DNA of 20,000 nt. Source: Albugo candida. Taxonomy: Eukaryota. Within the stretch, counting starts at the first letter, position 1, and every line of letters begins with the position of its first letter. Made by a program: the position numbers and the translations under genes. Below the pieces are notes generated by a model that was given only the letters and a program-made list of their open reading frames with translations, searched no databases and had not been told where the DNA came from. Of the stretch, positions 12,291 through 20,000 are shown piece by piece. The stretch is taken from NCBI GenBank assembly GCA_040437565.1, contig JBDOQK010000030.1, positions 369,874 through 389,873 on the forward strand. The letters are read 5' to 3'.

Positions 12291-12525
12291 TGTTTTGGCA
12301 AACGGTAAGGTCTGCGAGTGTTGTAGAATGGGGAATGAATATATCAAATGTAGTTAGAAGGAGCTCCTAATTACGCACAGTACGACCCTTCGCAGTACTT
12401 CCGTTTTGCTCCCGCGACTACTCGCAGTCGATCTGGTTCCTCCTCGGAAATTTTCACGGTCGTCAAATTCGCTGTCTCTTCACGGCGGCGGTTGCTGTGC
12501 ACTCGGTGCACATGATCTTACAACA
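12291..12525 (-). repeat. 3' LTR of the copia element (235 bp)
   Basis: Direct repeat of 17424-17650. On the minus strand it begins TGTTG after the purine tract and ends AAAACA before the TSD. Confidence 0.95.
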
Positions 12526-12534
12526 ATCTTTCCC
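12526..12534 (-). promoter_or_regulatory. Polypurine tract (GGGAAAGAT) preceding the 3' LTR
   Basis: Minus strand reads ...CGCCGGGAAAGAT|TGTTG, a short purine run directly upstream of the 3' LTR. Confidence 0.65.
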
Positions 12535-12559
12535 GGCGCCTTGATAAACATCAGTTTCA

Positions 12560-13010
12560 GACCTATGAGTAAACGCATTTCTTAAATCCTCGAAGATGGC
12601 CGCACCTTAGTCAGTAAATCGGCGACGATCGTGTTCGCACATTCATATGTTCGATTGACCGTCTCCTTCTTGGCCTAATCACGTAAGAATTTAAGCTTCA
12701 CATCCACATGCTTCGTGGTGGCTGAGTTCGCCTTGTTTTCGATTTGCTTCACTGCAGCATGGTTATAAGTCTTGAGCACCACAGGTGTCTTCACTCGTTG
12801 CCCGAGCTCTTCGTAAACTCCTCCAGCCCCAGCGCCTCACGTCCTCTGACGGCCGCAGCGACGAACTCCGCTTCCGCTGTCGACTGAGCCATAGCAGCTT
12901 GCTTCTTGCAGTGCCACCCGAAACTAATTCCATTCACAACCTGCACACCTCCACTAACAGACTTTCGATCTTCATTATCAGCCGCGAAGTCCGCATCACT
13001 GAAGCTGACA
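12560..13010 (-). pseudogene. copia RNase H remnant
   Basis: Minus-strand translation FSDADFAADNEDRKSVSGG...WHCKKQ...STAEAEFVAAA; TKHVDVKLKFLRD; IVADLLTK. Confidence 0.92.
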
Positions 13011-13188
13011 TCCTGATGGGCGACTGGGGCTTGCTGTCGTCACGCAAATGCAGCTTTAAACCTTTGGTTACCTTCAAGTATCTTGCAATCGTTTTTTCAA
13101 TCTCATAATCTTGCAACGTTGGTGCGTGACTTCGTCTAGTCGCCCTGCGCACCTCAAACGAAATGTCTGTAAGCGTGCAGCGCGATAC

Positions 13189-14120
13189 CTATAGCAAGCT
13201 CCCAACTAGAGAGTGGAAATCTTTGATAGTCGGTACTCGATGCAATCCGACAGCTTTTTCTTTCAGCAGCTCGTTGTCTCCTTCGACTACTTGCACTTCA
13301 GATATTGGTACTCGTACCGGATTCGCTTCAACCAGACCATGTGTCTCGAGCACTTCTTCAATCGTCTGCTCCTGGTCGATACAATAGCCTCCTTCTTTTT
13401 TCCATGCAATTCTCGTTCCTAGGAACTTCTCAACAGTACCGAGATCCTTGAGCTCAAGCACCTTCATGTCAGTAAAGACCTTATCAATGCAATAAGCAGG
13501 TCATCAACATAGTCCCCGACGCTAGTCATACCATCCACGTCAACCGTGTAAAAATGCACGGGTCATTAATGATACGCAAGAAATCAATCTTGGGCAGCGT
13601 GTCGCACAACGATTGACGACAAAGTCTTCCTGCCTGTTTTAATCCATAGAGACTTCGTCCTAGAAACAGCACCAATACATCAGGTTCCGTTACGCCAAGT
13701 CGGGCCAGGGTGTCTTGGGTCACTTTCATTCCATCGAGAATTCTCAAGTGGCTTTCGTACTCCGGATCCGTGAAAGCTTTCGGGTACGCGCTTGGAACGT
13801 CACCATGCCTAGCCGGAATTCCCCACATCCGTGAAAACGTAAAAATGACAAATGCATTTCTTATCGGCATCACCGCAGAGAATGTGAGATTGCAATCCAC
13901 ACCAAATTTTTGCTTGTCGCCTCGAGCCACCAGTCTCGCCTTGTATCTTTCCAAAGTCCCGTTCGCCCTCATCTTGGTTTCATAAAACCACTTGGTTGGG
14001 ATGGGTTTCAATTAATAGGACATTTGATCACCGTCCACGTTTCGTTTGCCTCGAGTGACGCAAGTTCCTCTTGCACAGCAACTGCCAACCTGGTACTGGC
14101 GATTTCACGATGCGCTGCCC
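13189..14120 (-). pseudogene. copia reverse transcriptase (RVT_2-type) remnant
   Basis: AVQEELASLEANETW; KPIPTKWFY...ERYKARLVARGDKQKFGVD; HGDVPSAY; LGRSLYGLKQAGR; DPCIF; GDYVDDLL (YVDD at 13511-13500); LKDLGTVEKFLG. Broken by frameshifts. Confidence 0.95.
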
Positions 14121-14499
14121 CATAATTTTTCGGGTCTGGTATCGCGATTTTTCTGCCATGTGCTTGTTCCACAGGCAGCACTGCGAACGCCACAATTACT
14201 GGATCCGACACTTGCAACTCTTCGGCACTCGTTTCCAGTTTTTCCACATTGATGCATTCTTCTTGATTTAAACAGTTGACTGAGCTGACCTTTTCTCGTG
14301 TTTCCATGCTTCTTCCTTCACCATGCTCGTCTGACTCGGCTTGTTCTTCTTGATTTCGTACGTTTGCGCGGTGATCTCCTTGGACCTGATGGCGGCGACT
14401 CCTTCGGCTGCGCATCACTTTCTCCGGCCACTTCATGCTCACTTTCCGCTCTCTTTTGCACCTGTTCAGGCCCTTGTCTTCTGTCATTATTCGCCGTAG

Positions 14500-15380
14500 C
14501 ATCGAGTGTATCGATGTTGGTGATGTGTTTAGTCGTCTAAACGACTTTATCCTTGAGCAGCAACACCTTGTATCCCTCCGTTTTCTCGCTTATACCCAGG
14601 ATAAGCGCCTACTCTGCATGAAGCTTAAGTGTCTTCTTTGGGATCCCGCCAAACTATTCATGGGGACCCAAACACAAAGATACCCTGTAAGCTCGGTGCC
14701 CGCCCGGTCAGTACTTCAATCGGAGACGCACGCTTCAAATTTGCTCGAATCGGACTCCGTTGAGAATTTAAGGAGCGTATTCTGCAGCCTTGCTTTAGTA
14801 CATCAGCACTAGACCTGAACAAAAGATTATGGATCGCACCATGTTAAAGACGGTGCGGTTCATGCGGCCAGCTTTCCCGTTAGATTGTGGAGCACCTGTT
14901 TCGTTATTTGACTTCGCACACGTGTCTATTTGAAGGAAAAGACTGACCACTTCATATTCGCCTCCGACGTCAGCGCGCAAGACGTGGATGCGGCAATTAA
15001 ATTCGATTTCAAACCACGCCAAAAAATAATCGAACATATTGGCCGCAGCAGTTTTCTGCCGTGCCGCAAATACACGCACGTAATTTGACTTGTAGTCGAT
15101 GATCAAAACCAAGTATCTGTTTCGACAACGGTCCTTTGGGGTGATCGGTCCTTGTAGATCACTACAGATGACACCACCGATGCGGTCCGTTGATGCATTG
15201 CATCCGATTATTTCTTGGGCTGTTTAGCTCTGGTGCCCTTGGCTTCAGCGCACGTGATACATTTTGCACGAACGCGATCAGTATGTTCAATACCGTAATC
15301 AAGATCTTTGGCCATAAGCTCCACGTTATCGTAAGATATGTGTCCAAGAGGAAAATGAAAATGGTGCAGCGACCCCTTCT
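14500..15380 (-). pseudogene. copia integrase remnant (HHCC + DDE core + GKGY-like region)
   Basis: HFHFPLGHISY...CITCAEAK (HHCC); ICSDLQGP; LIIDYKSNYVRVF; IHVLRADVGGEY; PQSNGKAGRMNRT (catalytic E changed to G); ILGISEKTEGYKV. Several frameshifts and stops. Confidence 0.92.
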
Positions 15381-15559
15381 GTACATCTGTTGCTGGTTCT
15401 GTATCTTGAACTGCCGTCATCACAATCTCATTAAGTCGTTTTGGCGTCATTAAAAACGTACATGGAGTCAAATCTGCCACAAATACGCCATACTCAGTTC
15501 GAAAATCGAACAGAGAATTTTTGCCTAGTTGCATGCACATCACATCGCCTTTCGTAGTC

Positions 15560-15821
15560 AGCGAACACCCTTTTATAAACAACTTGTCCATGGAAATGAG
15601 GTTCCTAGCCAACTTGGACGCGTAGTATATTTGTCAGTACGCGTGATATGGATCTTTATAACATTCGCAATGCCATGCATCACCACAGATCCTCGTTCAG
15701 GCACCTTAAGTACACCTCCATCAGGCAACAGGAGTCCATCATATTCATCACATTCCATGGCATCGTGAAGCAACTCATGGACTTGGACGAGATGTCTGCT
15801 TGCCCCGCTGTCAACCCCCCA
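15560..15821 (-). pseudogene. copia aspartic protease remnant
   Basis: WGVDSGASRHLV at 15821-15786 (copia D-S-G-A-S-x-H motif), then LLLPDGGVLKVPERGSVV and ARNLISMDKL. Confidence 0.9.
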
Positions 15822-15949
15822 CTTATTGAACTCCCTTCAGTGACGTCAAAAATGTAGCTAGGTGTTGACCTCTTCGTTAGGTGGCTCTCCGGGTTCTCAC
15901 ACGCAGCCAATACAAATTTAGCTTTCCCGCGGCTATGGTCTTTTTTTGA

Positions 15950-17311
15950 TTTGTGGCATTTTCTCGCCAAATGTCCTCGCTTGCCGCAGTTGAAAAACTT
16001 TCGGTCTTCAACTTGGGAGTGACTTTTAACCTTGCCATGTCCCACTGCACTGACTATGACCTTGGTCACTTTCTTAACCACTCTTCATCGTCCTCAATCT
16101 CTTGCGCCCATGCGATGACCTCTTGTGCGTGTGTGAGATAGGCCGTTCGGCTCGGTTGGTATCGCACCATCATCACAATTTTGAGGTGCGACGCTGCGTA
16201 CTCGAAGAAATTTTCAGGTATTTTTCACTCTCAAACAAAGCGGCGGCCTGTCGTGCATGATCGTCACGTTGGAATAAAAATTCGCTGAAGCCACACTGTT
16301 TGGTACCATACATTCTCCCAGCTTTTTCAATGTAAGGCGTCCTTCCCACGAAAATTGACTNNNNNNNNNNNNNNNNNNNNNNNNNNNNNNNNNNNNNNNN
16401 NNNNNNNNNNNNNNNNNNNNNNNNNNNNNNNNNNNNNNNNNNNNNNNNNNNNNNNNNNNNTTCAACTTGGGAGTGACTTTTAACCTTGCCATGTCCCACT
16501 GCACTGACTATGACCTTGGTCACTTTCTTAACCACTCTTCATCGTCCTCAATCTCTTGCGCCCATGCGATGACCTCTTGTGCGTGTGTGAGATAGGCCGT
16601 TCGGCTCGGTTGGTATCGCACCATCATCACAATTTTGAGGTGCGACGCTGCGTACTCGAAGAAATTTTCAGGTATTTTTCACTCTCAAACAAAGCGGCGG
16701 CCTGTCGTGCATGATCGTCACGTTGGAATAAAAATTCGCTGAAGCCACACTGTTTGGTACCATACATTCTCCCAGCTTTTTCAATGTAAGGCGTCCTTCC
16801 CACGAAAATTGACTTTGAATCTCGGCCATCTCGATCGCTTCGACGAATGTATACCCCCACTGCTTGAAACCTGTGCCGAGACTTGCATGCTGCTCTTCTC
16901 CCGTGAACTTGTTTATTATAAGCTTGGGAATATTGATCGCTCCCGGTAGGGCCAAGTTAGGTTATTTATAGACCGAATGTCTTCCAATAGACGTGTACAC
17001 TGCTCGACCCTTAAAGACAATTCTTACTCCAATCCACTGTGTCCAAGCTCAGGCATGCACGACCAATCGTGGCCGATCCTTGAACTCGCAGTGATATGGG
17101 AGGGATCTCCGCTGGTAGAGAAGGCGGCTCCGGAGCGCTTCCAAAACCAATGCTCCCATTTTTGCCGACCCTCAATTTGACTGACACGGCTGTCGAGCTT
17201 CTCCAGCATCTGGAGCATCCTCGCAAAAGCTTCCGTCTGGTCCACTGGCGACGATATGTATTCACTCTTTTCTTCGGCATGCCCCATCTGTGCTGTGCCC
17301 CGTCCTCCCAT
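15950..17311 (-). pseudogene. gag: copia gag, frameshifted and interrupted by an assembly gap
   Basis: Fragments include INKFTGEEQHASLGTGFKQWGYTFVEAIEMAEIQSQFSW (resembles oomycete copia gag, from recall) and the zinc knuckle KFFNCGKRGHLARKC (CX2CX4HX4C with first Cys changed to Phe). Split over several short ORFs; boundaries approximate. Confidence 0.8.
16007..16814 (+). repeat. Exact 354-bp direct duplication (16007-16360 = 16461-16814) across a 100-N gap within gag; probable assembly artefact
   Basis: Identical sequence at offset +454 abutting gap 16361-16460. Confidence 0.9.
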
Positions 17312-17410
17312 CTTGACACCCCTTGTTGGCTCCTTTCGTGAACCGTCCTACTTGCGTGGACTAGGTGTTGTCGTGCATTCGTCACGCTCTATTTACCAAG
17401 TCTTCGACCT

Positions 17411-17423
17411 TGGGATCATAACC
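17411..17423 (-). promoter_or_regulatory. Primer-binding site, half-tRNA(iMet) type (GGTTATGATCCCA)
   Basis: Abuts the inner end of the 5' LTR. Matches the GGTTATG(G/A)GCCCA PBS of copia/Hemivirus-type elements, which is complementary to the anticodon arm of initiator tRNA-Met rather than the CCA end. Confidence 0.85.
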
Positions 17424-17650
17424 TATTGGCAAACGGTAAGGTCTTCGAGTGTTAACGACGACAGAGTATAACAGGAAATAAATATATTTAATGTAGTTAG
17501 AAGATACTCCTAATCACACAACCTACGACCCTTCGCAGTAATTCCGTTTTGCTCCGGCGACTCCTCCCAGTCGATCTGGTTCCTTCTTGCAAATCTCTGT
17601 CTCTTAACGGCGGCGGTTACTGTGCACTCGATGCCCTTGATCTTCCAACA
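17424..17650 (-). repeat. 5' LTR of the copia element (227 bp)
   Basis: Aligns with 12291-12525 (shared blocks ttggcaaacggtaaggtct, aatgtagttagaag, tacgacccttcgcagta, cagtcgatctggttcct, acggcggcggtt, ctgtgcactcg, tgatctt.caaca). Starts TGTTG on the minus strand and is followed immediately by the PBS. Confidence 0.95.
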
Positions 17651-18746
17651 GAACACTACAATTACAGAAATTGTGGAAGAGCATATCAATAAACACAACC
17701 GCAAAGCTACGGATACAACCTTTACAATTACAAAGATTTTACATGCCACGCTGTGCAGCACCTTTTCGTCATTCACAAACATCTCACAACCATTCGACCT
17801 TTGCACTTCTTCCCCATTTATGCGGACCGTAATCTTCTCACTTTCAGCGTGCCGTTTTCTATTAGTATATTAAGATGGTTCCGTTGCCGACAGCCATAAT
17901 ACTGAAAAAAACGTTTTGTTTTCTCAATAGCTCCTCTTCTGTATTTCATATATTTAATATGGTCTAGTTCGCTCTGGCACTTGCTTTACTTTGCCGTCGC
18001 GTTGTATGTAATGTCCGAATTCTACCAATCTACTTGCGAAGTTTGAAGAAACTCCAACAAGATGGCACCAATGTTTTTATACATTGAAATAGAATCGATT
18101 GAGATTCCTTAACAACCGACATTCCACAGGTCGTTTAAATGGGATCTGCAACTACTGCTATCCGTCTCAACCTAATTGTTCTATCCATTTTTAGGTGAAG
18201 TGGCATGGCTTTGTATACACCTAAGATAACAAACACGCGCTGCGACGGTTATTGACATGTAAGCCATCGCCAGCTTTTTCACTTTCACTGAACTAGACTT
18301 TTCTTTACTGACCGCAATCCGTTATTTTGGTTTTGCTAGTACTAAGGCAGCCAAATCATCAATTTCAACAAAGACAGAGTGTCCCTGTTCTCATAAACGT
18401 GACATCCTCAAGCATTCTCGTTACGATTGTAATTCTTCAAGATGAAATGTTTCCCTCCAAGTATTGCAATTGATCATTCCCTCCATTCAAGCACGTCCTT
18501 TTTTTTTACCACTTTTTCAGCTAGAGCATACGCCCTTTGCCCGTACTGGCTTCTACTGGTTTGTTGCTATTTCTTAGAGCCAGCACCCCATTTTTCAACT
18601 CCACAGCGCCTGCATTATGTACAATGCATCAGTGTTTGCATCCATCAAAGTTTAATGTCACCCGAATACTTAAACGTTCTATTAAGTGTCTCACGAGTCC
18701 AACTAAAGCAGCAAGGTTCCTCAAATATTTGCGTTGGTTCAAGCAT
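17651..18746 (-). pseudogene. 5' part of a decayed CCG/CHxC-like secreted effector gene (Albugo-type), interrupted by the copia element
   Basis: ATG at 18746, then after a 1-nt frameshift LNQRKYLRNLAALVGLVRHLIERLSIRVTLNFDGCKH*CIVHNAGAVEL. Removing the in-frame TGA (18631-18629) gives CKHCIVHNAG = CxxCxxxxxG about 35 aa from the start, after a hydrophobic stretch. Further Cys motifs downstream (VCYLRCIQS, CKGCIRSFAVVFID). Many stops. Confidence 0.55.
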
Positions 18747-20000
18747 CAATCTTATTCGTCCGTGTTATTGATCCCCTAAATACGCTCTAAAATGATCTCT
18801 AATCCAGAAATTCCCAGCCCTTATCTTGTGCCGACTATTATATTAGGGTCTGACTATTGCCACAGACTATTTGACTAATGTCACAGACAAAACACCTCTG
18901 GTTGGATAATTTGTGTATCATTAATATGATCGATCGATAAGGTAGTTATATTACTGCTTCAACTTAAAATATATTATGAAACTTCTCTAGTCTATAAGGT
19001 CAAAATAGATAGAAGAATACCGGAGATAAATATGTTCACGTAAATATTATTTCTTTTCTTAGTCGCGCAAGATATTCGAATATTCGTGATAAATTATTCC
19101 AATATGTATATTTGTTATTCAAGATAGCCTAGGTATTGAGCCAAGCATGCTTCGCGACGAAGCGCCATCAGAAAGGCGGTCGCTGATTGTGAATAGTAAG
19201 CTTCATAAGCTTCAGTCTTCAAAGTTTGCAATCGAAAAAATGCATGCAGAGAAGAGAATGAAAAGTTCGCGTTCTTGAACTCAATCTTCATGCCGTTGAA
19301 AGATGCACCACCACGACTTCTTTAGTTTATTCCCTCGCACCAATTTTTTTTCAGCGTCGTGCTTACACGTCGGTTGAGGAAGCACACACGGATATTGTGC
19401 TATCTTCTTGGCTTTCTCTGAAATCTGAATGGTAATTATTCTCGAAGGGCATGTGGCAATTTCGATCCAACTATCGTGAATTTGGATATAATGCTTGACC
19501 TTGTCTGTCGGAGAACGGTATATACACAGCCCATGTCTCTCATGTGAGCGGCATCTCATGTGGGCGGCAACAGGTAAGCTTCTTTGGGACGATTCTCAAA
19601 CGTGCTTCCACAGACTCAACAAAGCAACTAGAAGGCATGCAACTCCTGTATAACCTCAAAAGTGGTGTCGATAATACACTGATAAATAGGACAAGAAAAT
19701 TTGTTCTGCAGAGCTTAATTATCTAACGTGGATTGACATTCAGCTTGAGATCACAAGTTAGAAGAAGATGCACGCTATTTGCATACTCTGATTTGAACTT
19801 TCAGCTTCCTTGAGATGGGAAAATTTCTAGCCTTGTAATGAACAAACTCTACTTTTGAACTTTCGGAACGATCCCATCTCTTGACCATGGAGACCATGAC
19901 AATTTGACCCATCATCACTTCTATGCACGCTAGCGACTCTAGCCTATAGCAAAGGAATTCATATCGGAAAATTGTGTATCCAGCTGTTCACCAAGACAGT

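Larger units (their letters stand above)
12291..17650 (-). mobile_element. Ty1/copia LTR retrotransposon, full-length but degenerate (~4.9 kb once the gap and its duplicated flank are removed)
   Basis: Direct terminal repeats 12291-12525 and 17424-17650, outer ends TGTT...CAACA. GAACA flanks both sides (12286-12290, 17651-17655). PBS and PPT lie next to the LTRs. Domain order on the minus strand is gag, Zn knuckle, protease, integrase, RT, RNase H; integrase before RT is diagnostic of copia. Confidence 0.97.

Noticed and set aside
15830..15940. Programmed gag-pol frameshift between the Zn knuckle and protease
   Set aside because: The element has many random frameshifts and stops, and copia-type elements usually encode one ORF; cannot be distinguished from decay.
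12785..16141. Numerous + strand ORFs (e.g. 12785-13108, 13710-13985, 14435-14812, 15190-15453)
   Set aside because: Antisense shadows of the copia gag-pol; no independent coding signal.
16007..16814. Apparent internal gag duplication or nested insertion in the copia element
   Set aside because: Copies are identical and abut the gap while the element's LTRs are ~12% diverged; best explained as assembly overlap.
1..20000. Prokaryotic-style novel system (defence island, retron, operon, RNA genes)
   Set aside because: The only RT is a copia RVT_2 within LTRs; no operon structure, rRNA or tRNA recognised.

Overview
Eukaryotic draft-scaffold window, most likely an oomycete and plausibly Albugo-like (inferred from the copia gag type and CCG-like motifs). 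It has four 100-N gaps and no intact long ORF. The main feature is an old, full-length but degenerate Ty1/copia LTR retrotransposon on the minus strand (12291-17650). It has two ~230-bp LTRs about 12% diverged, a 5-bp GAACA target-site duplication, a half-tRNA(iMet)-type PBS, a PPT, and fragmented gag-PR-IN-RT-RH. It appears to have inserted into a decayed CCG/CHxC-like (CxxCxxxxxG) secreted-effector gene that can be re-joined across the TSD. The rest looks like further decayed, lineage-specific, effector-like genes. One of them carries a perfect 116-bp fold-back inverted repeat with a 30-bp tandem duplication at its junction. Three of the four gaps are flanked by exact direct duplications (1708, 116 and 354 bp) that are most likely scaffolding artefacts. 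I see no convincing evidence of a new multi-gene biological system; the interest is in effector-gene decay, TE insertion and a possible hairpin-RNA locus.
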